Source: Chrysomallon squamiferum
Lineage: Eukaryota; Animalia; Mollusca
Length of the DNA: 64,000 nucleotides
Assembly (NCBI GenBank): GCA_012295275.1
Contig: CM022670.1
Coordinates: 20,026,001 to 20,090,000 of the forward strand
Direction of reading: 5' to 3'
The translations under genes and the position numbers were made by a program. The notes under the pieces are model-generated. The model had not been told where the DNA came from, did not search any database, and worked only from the letters and a program-made list of their open reading frames with translations. Positions 41,980 through 56,333 of the stretch are shown piece by piece. Position 1 is the stretch's first letter, and every line of letters starts with the position of its first letter.

Positions 41980-42442
41980 GTGAGTTTTTGAACACATTTT
42001 AGAGTCATTACTTTATATCAAATTTGTATCATTACAAGGAGAACCTGTAACCATATATAAATATAACCAAGTTCAAAACCTATAGCTGTTACTGAAATGT
42101 AAAGATATAAACAACATAAAATGGATTACCAAGGTGGGATTATAACCAGTGTGTATCATATTCATATAACTAAGTTAAAACCTACTCAGCTATAACTGTA
42201 CAAAGAAACATACTATTGTCACATAACTAGATTTAAATATAATAACTGTAGCTGAAAAATAAATGTCAACTCTAATGTTAACATATAGGAGTTCACATTT
42301 TTAGCATTTATATTTTGTATTTTGCACATATTAATTTCATGTTTCACATATACATATATATATAAACACCCATACATATATACACACACACACACATATC
42401 CATATAGATGTATAATTCCGATTATTTGATTAATTATTTAAG

Positions 42443-42666
42443 GCACTGGCAAGTCCCCAGTTTAAAATGGATATAAATGAGTTAAAAACTTCACCTCGTG
42501 TTGGTCTGAAGAGATCCTACAACCTTCCGGGTAAAAAGAAAAAGTTATCCAAAGATCTTGTCAAGACAAAACCAAAGAAGAAACCCATCGATTTCCTGAT
42601 TTCTCCAAGAAAAGTTTCACCTGCTAAGTCAGATCCATTTTCAGAACATTCACTTGATAGAGCCAG
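42443..42666 (+). CDS. RGS22: RGS22-like exon, basic linker
   Basis: ttaag|GCA...AG|gtaatt; phase-consistent with neighbours. Confidence 0.85.
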
Positions 42667-43008
42667 GTAATTCTGTGTTTAGAAGTTCAAATATCAGTGT
42701 GTGCATTTGTATGTGTGTATTTATGTTTGTATGGTAGTTTGGCAGATTTATCCACACACATGTATATTATGAATACAAGTTGACTGTGTTTGTGTGTGAA
42801 TGCATATTTTTGTGTGTGTGTTTGTGTTAAATATGTGTTTAATTTCACATATATTTGTTCAAGGATGATTTTATATAGAATGTTAATAAATGTTAATTTA
42901 TTAATAAGTATAATAAACATTTGCAGTTATTATTATTATTATTGCTGTTGCTATTATTATTGTCATTATTATTACTATTATTATTATTAAATTATTTGTT
43001 TTTGCCAG

Positions 43009-43354
43009 AACACCATTAACCAGGTCTTTCACTCAATCACCTCAGATGTCTCGGCCTCACTCATCTGCTTCTATGAAAAGCAGGTCTCCAACATCCGAGG
43101 GACTTGATGGTCTTCCACCGAAGCTCACTTCCAGACCTTCAACATCACCATTATCTGTACTGCAGCAGTCATCACGATCTACCAAAACCGGAAAACTGTC
43201 GCGACCTCAGTCAACTTCATCAGCGAAAAGTGTGGACTCAAAGAATTCAGATTTTTTGAGTGGAGAACGAATGCAGGCTTTGTTGCAGTCCCTGCTGCAT
43301 GAGAAGGATTCTGGCAACTTTTTCAGAAAATTTATTGAGATGTCAGAAAATAAG
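43009..43354 (+). CDS. RGS22: RGS22-like exon
   Basis: gccag|A...AAG|gtaatg; Ser-rich, then LLQSLLHEKDSGNFFRKF. Confidence 0.9.
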
Positions 43355-43701
43355 GTAATGTTTTCTTATAGCTTATTTCTATTCCAAGGTTTGCAATCCA
43401 AATTTTGTATTCCAAGATTTATAATCCAAGTTTATTTTCAAAATGTGAAGTGTAAGTTTGTATTCTGAGATTTATAATTGCTAATTTTAAATAAGCAAGA
43501 TTTTTTTAAACCAAGTTAGTTTTCTGAATTTATAATCCGAAATATTTGTATTCTAAAAAATTATTACAAAATTTATATTGCATAATTCTATTTATTTTAC
43601 ATTTTTAAATAGAAATAATATTAATAAAAAATTATTAAAAATTTCTTATTTTCCTTGTCTTCAGTTATTTATTTGTTTCCTTTCTTTATTTATTTCTTCA
43701 G

Positions 43702-43803
43702 CTCTGGATAAATGCCTTTAACTTCTGGAATGATTTACAAGATTATCATCTTATGTTTTATGGAAAAGTTATTTATCCTTACCTTGTGGAAAAGAAGGCT
43801 AGG
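43702..43803 (+). CDS. RGS22: RGS22-like exon, RGS domain
   Basis: ttcag|CTC...AGG|gtaagt; LWINAFNFWNDLQDYH. Confidence 0.92.
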
Positions 43804-44015
43804 GTAAGTGTATAATTTCTATTTGTGGACTCTGTATCAAAATAAATGTAATTATTATGTATGTTTGTATTATTATTTTGTAGACTTCATATCAAAATAT
43901 ATTTGTATTATTTCTCTTTGTAGAATATATAATATGTTACATTATAATGTATAATTTCTGTCTGAAAAAATATCAAAATATAATACATTATTATTAATCC
44001 TTTTTTTTTTTTTAG

Positions 44016-44210
44016 ACTATATACTCCAAGTATGTAGTAATTGGTGCACCTAAAAGTATTGGCTGTTCCAAGGCTGTAAGTGATCAGATTTACAAGTGTA
44101 TTGATCCACCCTATGAGGAGCTGTTTGATCCAGCTGAAGAACTGTCCCTGATAGTGTTGTATGAAGCCTGGATAGAAAATCTGAATTGGGATGTCAAGTC
44201 ATACAACAAG
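44016..44210 (+). CDS. RGS22: RGS22-like exon, RGS domain
   Basis: ttag|ACT...AAG|gtaact; IYSKYVV...DPPYEELFDPAEE. Confidence 0.93.
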
Positions 44211-44489
44211 GTAACTGATGAATTTAATGTGCACCAGTGGTATTTTCAACAAATAACTTAAATATTTTTCTTAATAAAATGAGTGATAAAAGCAGGATGA
44301 TTAATTGTGAATTAAAAGATGTGTTAGCTTTGTTTTTAAAATAATGTTCGATTTTTAATTCTTCAAACAAATTTTCCAAGCTTATTTTTGCAGTAAAAAT
44401 GACGTTTTGCAAATAAAACAGCTATATTATTGTTTTAATTTATTCATTTTATGGTTTTATTTTTAAACTATGATATAATTTATTTTCAG

Positions 44490-44573
44490 GTTGAACTCAT
44501 TGAGGTTAAGCGACATCTTGAAACAAAATCAAAATATGTGCTCAATCTGCAGAAACGAGGCATCATAAAAGAG
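44490..44573 (+). CDS. RGS22: RGS22-like exon
   Basis: ttcag|GTT...GAG|gtaggt; VELIEVKRHLETKSKYVLNLQKRGIIKE. Confidence 0.9.
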
Positions 44574-45027
44574 GTAGGTTCACCCACCATCCCTGATCCA
44601 CCCTTATTTTAAGATAAATTCTGTATTTGCATTGCAAATGTAATAATTATTTAAATACATTTTATCTTTTAGTTCCTGATACTGTTAAATTTTTAATCCT
44701 AATTTTCAGCATATTTTTGTGATTGCACTAAATTTATTGAAATACTGAATGACAAACACAGTCTGGAAGTAGATTCTGTATATTATTTCTATATCTGTTA
44801 TTTAAAATATTTAAAAGTCAAGATTTAAAAGTATATCTGAATATTAAATTTTTCAATAAATTTGTTTTAAACTGTTCCAGTTTACAATGAAAGTAAGTAG
44901 TTTTATTTTTAAAAACAATATTTTTGCTATCCTTTTCACCTTGTGATTTCTAAATGTTATAGATGTTCTTCCTTTTTAAAAGATTAACTGAAATTATTTT
45001 GTATGAAATTCAAATGAGTTGTTTTGA

Positions 45028-45071
<44 letters not shown>

Positions 45072-45942
45072 GAAAAAGTTTTCCATCAAAATATTTGGTT
45101 TTTATTTAAACATTTTTTAATAATAAAATAAATAAATGAATGATAATATTAAACAAAAACAGTTAATAATAAAAAAAATTATAATGTTTTAAAATATATG
45201 AGGTTATTTTTAAACAAAATATTTAAATAATTCTTTACAGCATTTGTAAAATATATCTGGTTTTTTTTTTTAAAGTTAATTATATCTTATAGTACAATGT
45301 TGAAACTATTTTATTTATAATATAAATTATCTATTCATTTTATAATTTTATATTAAACATTTATTATTTTGTATTAATTCCAGTAGTTAACTATTTTTTC
45401 AAAGTTAATGCTACTGGACTATGATGTACTGTGTTTTAATTAGTAGCTAGATTAATTAACCTGCTCAAATATTTACCTCTGTGTGATTCCTTATAGTTGT
45501 TTAGTCAAGAAATCTTGTGTTATGGTGTTGTGAACCATTTATTCATTATATAAACATTAAAAAATTATGTAATTTTTTGCTGCATAGCAGTAATATTAAT
45601 TCTGTATTAGCTTAAGACTTTAAAATATAAATAATATTTTGAGATTCAAAAAAGTGACTTCATGTAACATATTTTACTTCAGTCATTCAAGTATATATAA
45701 CTTATATTATTATTAATTAAACAATCAATTAATTAACTTCATTATTACCATTTTTATATATTTTGTCATGATAATCATCATAATTATTATTATTATAATT
45801 AATTAATTAATTAATTAACATTATAATTACCAAAGTTAATGTTATAACCTTTATTATCTTAATTATCATTTTCATTGTTATTTAACCTCACAATCAAATT
45901 ATATAAAGAATTACCTGAATGTATAAATTACAATCTCTGCAG

Positions 45943-46275
45943 CGTATTCACACACCTGAAGATCCAATGGAGGGTTACCGTGATCCAGTCTATGATGACA
46001 GCCTGTTTGAGAAGATTCCTGAAGAATTTCAAGATATGACCCTTATTAGGCTCGTACGTAATCGGATTGAACTGGAGTATTTCCGACAGTTCCTGGTTGA
46101 AAACTACGCAAGCATGGATCTCATGTGCTGGATGGATATTGAGGCTTGGAGACGAATATCACCCAAAGATGAAAAGAAATGTAACCAGAAGGCCAGAGAA
46201 ATCAGATTAAAATATCTCAATAAGAAATACTTCTTTGGTCCTAACAGTCCTGCTGGAAAAGCAGGTCAGGATAAG
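45943..46275 (+). CDS. RGS22: RGS22-like exon, RGS domain
   Basis: tgcag|CGT...AAG|gtatgt; ELEYFRQFL..ASMDLMCWMDIE...YLNKKYFFGPNSPA. Confidence 0.95.
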
Positions 46276-49210
46276 GTATGTAAAATTTTCAATGTGTAAA
46301 ATGTTTCTGTTAAAAGAAATTAAACATGTAAATGTTTTTTGATAGATTTTACATTTTTGTTCATAGGGGAAACCATAATGTCAGAATGATGTAAATGGGT
46401 ATTAAATATTTTGGTAAATGTATTTATAAATTATTAGTTATGTCTGAAACTGGGATGTCACAGCAAGGTAAACAGTGTTTTTAAAATTTAAATATTCCAG
46501 TAAAGGTTTTAAAGATGTATTTGTAAGTGAAACTGGAAGAACAGAACAACATTTTAATATATCAACAGGCTTTCTTCTGTTGGTATTAGCAATTTCACTA
46601 ATTACAATTTCAACTCTCATTTATTATGATAATTTATTCCGTTATTATGTTGGTTCCCTAATGTATTTTCACATCAGTCACCAGAACTGGTAGCCTATCC
46701 ATGACGGTAAATTTCTGAATGCAAGGGAAGATAAATCTAAGAATCTTCAAATCTAGGTCTCATTCTCAGAGTTGTTGCCCTTTGGTCATAAATCTTTAAT
46801 TTTCCTTTGCCACACTGTCAGTAATTGACACATTTAGTTCAAGGGAAATGCACACCAGCTGTCAAAGCATTAAAGTTGAGGAATGTATTTTGTTTCCAAA
46901 CAGCAACATGGCAGTCAATATTTACACACATAAGTCTTTCAAAGAGAAGGAAACGGCCGTTATAAAATAGAATGTTTGCAATGGCAGACTTCTGATGAAA
47001 GCTTAATTCAGTTATAGACATTTCCTTGGTAAATACTCCACAACTTAACTGAGATGTTGTGGAGGTTATTTGTGGATACATATGTTTTTTGGTGTCCTCA
47101 ACTAAGCAATGATATTACCATGAGACAATTTGAAAATTATTATCACGGAAAGAAGGAAAAAAGTGTTTTATTTAATAATACACTTAGCACATTCTTAATC
47201 TAGAAATAGTCATAAAAGAATGTTTGTATCGGGTTTTTCAATGAGAGAAAAGTGTTGTTTCTTTTAAGACTGCCATAATATATTCATCATGATACTGTCA
47301 TTTTCGTTTTAAATTTGTAGTCATATAATGTTAGAGTTTATATATGAATCCTAATGTAAAATATTCAATGTTAAATATTAAAATAATTTATACAGATATG
47401 TTCAAACATACAGATACATACACCGATATCATTCTTGAAAGTTACTGTGTCTGTAAATTGCTTCTGTTTTACTTTTCTTTCTTTTTTCTTTAATCATTTT
47501 GCAAAGAATTTCTTTTATATACTGATGCCTATGTTTATTTTGGTAGCACCATTCAATGAAAATTTTTTATATTTTAAATTTTACATCTTTATTAATATAT
47601 ATTTTTTTAATTAATGAAAATGTAATTATTTTTTTAAATTTATTTTCATATTCAACTCTCTTCAGACATTAAGAAAAAAAAAACCAAACCCCCCCCAAAA
47701 CCCAACCACTTTTAAAATTAAAATTTACAAATATCATAAACAACGTACACAGCCATTTTTCTTTTTCATTTTCTTCTTTTCTTGCGTTCCTCCCCATGCA
47801 TTATGCACCTGCATGATAACTCTCTAAACATTTACCTTCCTGTTGGCCTATGTTGGGAATTCTTTGCCATGTAACATATGGAGACTTCTGTGGATAGGAT
47901 GGAATTTATAAAAACATACAATTTTTTTTTTTTATATGTTGTCAGATAGAAATATTATCATGGCGGTCTGTAAGACAACATTTAGCAGGAAAACACTGCT
48001 GTGTGACACATATAGTGCTTTTGTCAGTCATCTTGGTTTTCATCCTGCCCAACATTTTACACATTTCTGAATTCTCAATATTAAATTGTCTGCATGCCTT
48101 ACATGTGTGAGAGGCAAAAGATTTGTGTAGATGCGGAACTTTTTAAGGTTTTTTTTCTTTCTTTTCTATCTTTACATTCATCCATTCTTTTATTTATATC
48201 TTCTTTTTTTTTGTTTTTCTTTCCTTTTTTTTTTAATCGCTACTTTTTTTACTTTTTATTTATTTATTGTCTTGAATTCTGTATTTTAAATTCTTTGTAA
48301 TTCTAAATTTCTTAAATGTTTTTAAAAATATATTTTGTTTAATTTGTTAGCATTTAAATGACAGTATTCAGTTTTCTCATTGCATCTACTAGGTAATACA
48401 TAACGAAAAAAAAAATATCCCTAAAGTTACACCAGTATGTTAGATATTTTAACAGTAAGTGTGCCATCAAGTTTGGCAAGAATCTAAATCTTTCTAAAAC
48501 ATGAATTAATTATTAGCTTATTGGCACAGATAATACCTACAACAAAATGTCATTTTGCCTGTGATTATATGAAAATGAGATACGTAATCATTATGACAGA
48601 TATGTAGGTATCTGTAAGGGGGAATTTAATCTCTGACTAGTATAACACACAATCTGCCAGACATCTCAATGTTTCTTTCGCGTGTCAGTTATGGCTGCAT
48701 GCAGAAAAAAAAGAGAGAGATAAATGTTAATCAGACGCAAGGCATGAAAACATTAATACTTTTATTGCCTCTGTCACTTTAGAGTTGTGATTATCTGAAT
48801 CTTTATGTACGTGTATGCATGTCTGTGCTGTGTGCATGAGAGAAAATATGTATGTGAATAAAAAGATAAAAGAAAAGGAGAGAGAGATTTTAACAAAAAT
48901 TTTGTAACTGTTGTTTTTCTAACATTAATTTCTTCTTTTTTTTATTATTATAATTTTGAATAAAAGTTTTAAAAGATCAACATATTTATATCAAAAATTA
49001 AAACTGATGAAATATTTTCATTTGAATGTAATATTTATTTATTTTCAAATTCTCTTCTCTATGTTTATTCATCCACTATATACCTCTATCCATACATCCA
49101 TCCATCCATTAATTAACTGTGTATCCTTTCATTTATCTTCATATTGTAAGATCCATTAAACCATCTGTAAGCTCATCATGAAATCATTTCTACTCTGTAA
49201 AATGCTGCAG

Positions 49211-49438
49211 GTGATGGAAGAAGCTGGAGGGTGGGGTAAAATTCTTGAGGACAGACCACCAAGCTCTGTACTGCTGGCAGTCCAGAAATATGTCGAACAA
49301 CGACTCACTAAAAAATGGCTTCCTCTCTTCCTGGTCACTGAGGAGTTCCAAGAACGACAACGTCCTCCTGTTAACATGGACGAGGTTGTTGACGATGTTA
49401 TGATGCAGAAGAAACGTCGTTCACAGGCAGTGTGGAAA
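49211..49438 (+). CDS. RGS22: RGS22-like exon
   Basis: tgcag|GTG...AAA|gtaagt; GGWGKIL...VQKYVEQRLTKKWLPLFL. Confidence 0.95.
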
Positions 49439-49650
49439 GTAAGTGATGAGTTTTTTTTATTTTATTATCTTAATAACTGTTAATATTTCAGAAATGGGTC
49501 CTTTTGCTTAATTGATACATAGTAAATAGATATCATTTATTGATTCATAAGTTAATAAACAAATATATGAACATCTGTAACAGAAAGGAAAGCAGTTTCA
49601 AAGGTCTGTAATTGTATAGGGAGAAGGAGAGAGAGAGAGAGAGAGGGAGA

Positions 49651-49710
<60 letters not shown>

Positions 49711-50910
49711 ATTTATTAGAATGGCAAATAATTCTGTAATTTCACCCAGAAGGATTGATCCTGAGACCCACCAAACAGAAGGCAAATGGAAAACTGTACT
49801 ACTGATGTTAACTGGGACATGTGTTGTGTGTTAACCATTTGTAACTGCAACACAAACAACACAAACTAGCCAACTGTTATATTTCTCTGCAGAGGAGTAA
49901 ATATTTCTGGCAGTTTCTTTTAACTAGGGAAACACAAACAAACAACTGGGAGGTTTCTTATCTTAGCAACACATGGTTTGTGAGCAGAGAAAGCTTCCAG
50001 CCAATTATAAGTGAAAATATTTTTCATATGGATATAATCTAAAGATTAAATAGGTTACTGTACAATTTGGTGAAAATATCTGGAATTTTGTTTAAACTGT
50101 AGATATTTTCTGGATTTAAAATAAACCAAGTGAAATTTTTCTTTATTTTTTTTTTAATTCAAAATGCTTATTAATTATAAATAAAAAAAGAAATGAAACA
50201 TGTTTATGACACACATATAAATCTTTTTTTAAATATGTTTATATAATACAATATAATAATAATGATAATAATTTTCTTTTCTTATAGTAATACTATATAT
50301 GCTATTTAAAACATACTGTTTCTAAAATAACAGACTTAAAACTGAAATAAAGTATTTTAAATCCCAACCATCATAGCTGAATATAAATAATACATTACCT
50401 GTCTGATGCAACATAAAATAATGTATGTTAGTAAGGAATGTTCAACATCACTTTATAGTCCATGTCATAAACATGATAGAGCATTATTTTCACAATCATT
50501 TTAGAATAAATGAAATACACTGAACAAAATTATCTATACATTTAGAATAAAAATCTCAGACATTTCATCATAACAGGCTTGCTTGAACAAAAATTATCCT
50601 ACAAAAATTACTTTAGTTTCTTTATTTTGATAATTTTATTTTGTATTTTAATAAATGTTAATAAATTTATAATAAAGTTTGATACAGAAAAATAACATAA
50701 TATTACAACAACAACTAGTACCAGGATTAGCAATATTATTATTAGTAGTAGTATTGTTATTACTGTTGTTGTTGTTCTTCTTCTTCTTATTATTATTATC
50801 ATCATCATCATCATCATCATTAATACTATTATCATCGTCATCGTCATCGTCATCATCATTACTATTATTATTATCATTAATATTATTTTTATTACCATGA
50901 TTATCATTGA

Positions 50911-50983
<73 letters not shown>

Positions 50984-51031
50984 GTTATTATTTATTGTTA
51001 TTATTGTTGTTATTGTTGTTGTTATTTGTAG

Positions 51032-51193
51032 CTGGTGGAGAGTAGGTGGGTGTCCTCTTCCACTGAGATTCTAAATTTCCGCAGATGTCTGCTAAACCCT
51101 GTCACCTGTCTCCAGTTCAGACGCTACGTATCTCTGCAAGGAGATCTGCTGGAGAATGATGTTTTGTTCTGGTTTGAAGTTCAGAAGTACAAG
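51032..51193 (+). CDS. RGS22: RGS22-like exon, last RGS domain
   Basis: gtag|CTG...AAG|gtatat; FRRCLLNPVTCLQFRRYVSLQGDLLENDVLFWFEVQKYK. Confidence 0.95.
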
Positions 51194-51249
51194 GTATATC
51201 TTACTAGTTAGCCTTTAGAAAGGTGGTGCTCTAATGAGGTTAAATAATA

Positions 51250-51442
51250 TGTAAAGTATGCATCTTACTAATTAAAATTAGAATCTTAATGATCCAAAAT
51301 GTAAAGTATACATCTTACTAATTAACATTAGAAACTTAGTGATCCAAAATGTAAAAGTATACATCTTACTAATTAAAATTAGAATCTTAATGATCCAAAA
51401 TGTAAAGTATACATTTTACTAATTAACATTAGAAACTTAGTG
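51250..51442 (+). repeat. Tandem repeat, ~50 bp x 4 in A-B-A-B order
   Basis: tgtaaagtatacatcttactaattaa[aattagaatcttaa/cattagaaacttag]tgatccaaaa. Confidence 0.9.
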
Positions 51443-51842
51443 TAAACTAGATCTTTAAAAAGTTAGGTGAACATTATGGATATTGCTACATCTCAAGTTG
51501 TTTCCCAAGCCTCAGTTAACAGAATAGCATACAGTTTGACTGTTTAAGTCATTTAAGTAACACACTGAAGCAAAGGTCAACATTAAAGAACACATGTGCA
51601 CAAAATATTTTTCTTCTTTAATTTCCCTATTAAAATGTGAATGAAAGTGTGGTACCATTATAAATATACAAATGTTTCCACATAAACATCCACATACATA
51701 CAGATGGATCAAACGCATAGAGACACAGACACTGTCATGCCTGAACAATACAGACATCTATATTTGTACCTACTCATATATTTTACACACACAGAGAAAC
51801 ACACAAACCTTTATTCATACAAACTCATTGTTGTTATTTCAG

Positions 51843-52022
51843 GAGCTGAACCACCTCCACAGTGATGACTCTATGATAATGCAGAAGATCAATGCCATCA
51901 TCAACTGCTTCATAGACTCAGCCATCCCACCACCTATCCAGATTGACATCACTACCGAGATGGCAGAGAGAATTCTAGACAAGAAGTATGAGAAGAGCCC
52001 ATATCTGTTCAGAGAGGCTCAG
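51843..52022 (+). CDS. RGS22: RGS22-like exon, last RGS domain
   Basis: ttcag|GAG...CAG|gtatgt; KINAIINCFIDSAIPPPIQIDI...PYLFREAQ. Confidence 0.95.
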
Positions 52023-52450
52023 GTATGTCAGTTTGTTTCTCAATATTAACTTCATTTGGACATGATTCTATAATATTATCTTGTAAAGTTATGTTTTTCA
52101 TGATACAGATTTGAAAGCAATTTTAATGACTTAACATTGGTTTTGATAACTTAAGACATTACCAAAAGACACTGTAAACATTTGTGGGTCTTTATAACTA
52201 TCCTATATGATTTTCTGGATTAGAATAATTAGTCTAAATAATACAACTTTTTTTAAATTATGTGGCTAATAGTCCTTAGTAACCATCAAAATATTTCCCA
52301 TTCCAACCAGCATCTTACAAGTGCTTTATTAAAGGCAATAGTATCTGAACTCCTCCATGAGATCTTACCATCATTATACAAAATAAATTAACATTTTTGA
52401 CATTAATAACAATTAACATTACACATATGTCTTTACAAATCTTCAGTCAG

Positions 52451-52648
52451 TAAAGTTGTATTTTAATATTGCCATGCTATCTAAGCTCTTTTGATGGTAT
52501 TTTAAATATTTAAGTTATGTCAGGACTGCCATGAATTTTTACACTTTGTCTATAAAGTTGTAGTTTAATGCCACCATGTCATCTAAGACCTTTCAGTGGT
52601 GTTTTAAATGTTTAAGTTATGATAGGACTGCCAAGAATTTCTATACAC
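52451..52648 (+). repeat. Diverged ~100 bp tandem duplication
   Basis: taaagttgta...atctaag...ttaagttatg..aggactgcca.gaattt occurs twice. Confidence 0.75.
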
Positions 52649-53267
52649 ATCCACAGATAATATCATCAACATTATGAAGAGCTGAGCAATGAAGTACATT
52701 ATAAAGAGGAAGTAAGATACAAATATAGAAATTTTTGTTTGTGAAAAGTTACATTTAATCACTGAGCTTACATTCCTTTCTTGTTTAATAATTATTAATA
52801 TAAAAAAACAGGATTTATAATTGAAGAAAGGAATGTAAGCTCAATTTAAAATATTTTCATATCAGTTTCTGCTGATGTTTTAAATCTCAGATATTAATTA
52901 TGAATACTTATGTCTCACATTTTAAAAGCAGCACAAACTTCATGTTTACTGCAATGACATTGTAGTTAGGTCATTACCCAAAAGACTCAAAGGTTCTGGA
53001 ATGACATTTTTCCACTGTTTTATCAAAAGCTATTTATATTATGTGCACAAGTAATCAAAAAATAATAAAAGTGATTCTTAATTATGCTCTAACATATACA
53101 ATTCACAATACTAATGAAATGAAAATATCACAAACAGAAAAATGTAAAAAATCAGTTACAGTTAACAGTTTTATTTTGAAAAAGTATTTGCTGAGATATG
53201 GAAACAAAGTAGAAGCTGGTACAGCACTTTAAAAAAATTAAAAACCCAAAATAATTTGAATCAAAGT

Positions 53268-53360
53268 ACACATGGAGGTATGACATGGAAGGTACATCAC
53301 TGAAGACAACTCATTCAGTATTAAGACTGGAGTGAGACAAGGATACCTTCTTTCACCTTC
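53268..53360 (+). mobile_element. LINE (RTE-like) reverse transcriptase scrap
   Basis: KTGVRQGYLLSP at 53323-53358 matches the non-LTR RT motif GVRQGCxLSP. Confidence 0.6.
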
Positions 53361-53445
53361 TTAAATTAATAAACTTAGAATTTTAATAAATCTGCTACCA
53401 GACTGTCAATATTTGTAACATTCTTGTTAATGTCATGTTTTTCAG

Positions 53446-53583
53446 TTAACTACTTTCCGTATTTTACTGGGTCACTGGACAGCGTTTTGTAAATTCCGAG
53501 CTAATCTGACAGATGAAAAAATACTCACAACACTGGAAAGAAAACGCCAGCAAGCCAAAAAAAGAGAACTGACAAGACTTGAG
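53446..53583 (+). CDS. RGS22: RGS22-like exon
   Basis: ttcag|TTA...GAG|gtaac; LTTFRILLGHWTAFCKFRANL...KKRELTRLE. Confidence 0.92.
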
Positions 53584-53588
53584 GTAAC

Positions 53589-53624
<36 letters not shown>

Positions 53625-54922
53625 TTTATTATTATTATTACAAAATATTTAGTTCTCATTGTAAATGAAATATTTTAAAATGATTAGAGTATTGTCTGTT
53701 TCATTGTTTTATATCATTTTTAATTACACTAGATGATTCTTTTATATCTGTTTTTACATGTCATTTAGCTTTATATTATTATAATTCTGTTCTGTTTTAT
53801 TCTGTTCCAAATTTTTAATTATTTTATTTTATTTGTTGGTTTATTATCTTTGTTCTTTATTTTTGTTCTTTATTTTTCTTATATTTTATATTTACATCTT
53901 GCTTTTATTTTGTTGTTATTTATTTTTGTAATTATTATTGATCCTATTATTTTATTTATATTTTTATCATATCATTTACATATTTATTATTTTTGTTTTT
54001 ACATTCAAATCTGTCACGTTTTTTAGTCATCATTAGCACCATTCATATTATTAATATTAATATTTTATATTTATATTTTGTTTTATTGCAGTAACATAGT
54101 TATGAGCGTGCCTTTTTTTTGTTTTCACACATTTTTATTTCCATAACCGTTCCATTTATTTCTACATTAACCCACATTTCAGACAAATATAGACTGTATT
54201 TATCACTCCATCTTTTTTCCATCCACATTCATTTCGCAATTGTTTAATAAGACAAATGATGTGGAGATAATTTTTTTCTCACATTACATTTTTAACTACA
54301 ACTTTAAAAAGGAAACATGAAACATTCTCATTTCAGTTTACTCATTTTATTACACTTTCTGTGTTAGTAATACTCAAAATAACTGGGGAGGGTCTGGTTT
54401 TGCAATTTGTATGAAGATTTTCAAAAACTCATTAAGTTAATGATCCGTGATTTTGGAGCCAACTGAATTGCTTAGAATACCGTATACTAAAAAAGTTATG
54501 TTCTATCTTATAGTTACATCACATATTTTCCTATAGTTAGAGGGAACTTAATACTTTTTTTTAAAGCCAGGAGAGGATATATTTTATGGTGTAAGTTATT
54601 ATTATTTAGAATATAGGTGAAAAAAAAAATGAATGTTTTATGAGAAACATTTTCTTTGCAGTTTTTTGTAATTACTTATTGTTGTTAATATTAAGATTTA
54701 TAAGATAATTTTAACATATTAATTACCATAGAATTAATGTGGAACCCCCCCAAAAAAAAGAAATGCTAAATGATTTGTTAACTTTTTATTAGCCAAATGA
54801 TAGTATTCTGTAAAATAAATATATATGTATACACACACATACACAACATACACATACACACACACACATATATATATAAACAAACATATACATAAATATA
54901 TACCCCACACACACATATATAT

Positions 54923-54969
<47 letters not shown>

Positions 54970-56029
54970 ATACTCATACATATGCACATAATAAGAAATA
55001 AAATAAAAAATAAAAATTTGGATTCTGAATAAAAAATTGTTTCTCTGCTTAAAGAGTACTCATTATATATATTTAAAAAATAAAACAAACAAAAACAAGA
55101 AAGCACTAATATACATATTTTCAACAACAACAACACTAATAAAAAAAAAAGGATACTGAAGAAAAAACTAAAAGAAAAAATTAAGTAAAATAATTAATTG
55201 ATTTATAAATGATTTGAAAACTGGTAACTTGGATCAACTTTTTTTTTCTCACAAATTATGGTCTGAAATTATATCTTTTTTTTTTTTTCATTTATAAAAC
55301 ATGTCTCCTCTTTTTCTTCATCTTCTTCTGTTTGATTTTTGCCATTTCACAAAATTACATTAAAAATACACATCAATTATGCATTCACTTTGTGCAGATT
55401 ATTTTTTTCTCTGAGATATGCCAAAAGATAAACATTTAAGTATTTAATGGTGATGTTTATTTCAGACATGCTTAATCTTCTTGCAGTGATAAGCAATTCT
55501 CTGACATATGCAATAAATATTTCTTTTATCAATTCTGATAGAAGTAAGAAATGCTGAGGTTTTTTTATGAGTGTGTGTGAATAGTTCTGTTTTCTACTGC
55601 TGCACTGACAAAGTGTCAAAGACAGACGTTTCTTGCTTGTCCTTGATACAGTAGTATTCAAGCAAATTATCTTGTAAGAAAAGTCTTGTTTACTTAATGA
55701 ACCAGCTTCAGAGTAATTCATCACACTTTCTTTTTCACCTAAAAGAAATTATCTATGTAGTAAATACAAAAATAGGGTGTGGTTGATAACTGTTATTGAT
55801 GTATGTAACTGTTGTTGATAATGTCATAGTTGATAGTGGCCCATTTCTGACAAATTTATTATCAGGGTTTATGTGTCTGTGTGTATGAGTGGGGTGCATA
55901 TGTATGTGGCTGTGTATATGTTTGTATCTGTGTGTACCTTTGATTGCATGTCTGTGTGTGTGTGTGTATGGTTTGTGTGTGTATGAATGGTTGTGTGTGA
56001 GTGTGTTTGTGTTTGTGTTTGTGTGTGTG

Positions 56030-56073
<44 letters not shown>

Positions 56074-56303
56074 TAATCATAAATTTGTGTAAAAGTGGGT
56101 ATTTGTTAATTTCTTAAATTATGGAACGTGTTTTTTCCCAAGTCATCAAGTAATTTGTAAAGTAGATTTCTGTGGGTTGAGTTTGTACCTTTTTTTTTTT
56201 ACACAAGACAGGTTCATGATGGAAAATTCAGTCATATTGCTTGCAGAATCTTCTTTATTTTTTTATTTATTTTAAATTTCAATTACAATTTTTTTTTTTA
56301 CAG

Positions 56304-56333
56304 CAGATGCCAAAAAAGAAAAATTACAAAGAG
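56304..56333 (+). CDS. RGS22: Candidate 30-nt RGS22-like cassette exon
   Basis: Poly-T tract, then acag|CAG...GAG|gtacct; frame-preserving QMPKKKNYKE in phase 0. Confidence 0.45.

Noticed and set aside
54734-56092. CV/HT-repeat ORFs
   Set aside because: (TG)n/(CA)n microsatellite artefacts; also 10874-11149, 16666-16986, 33732-34001 and 62403-62603
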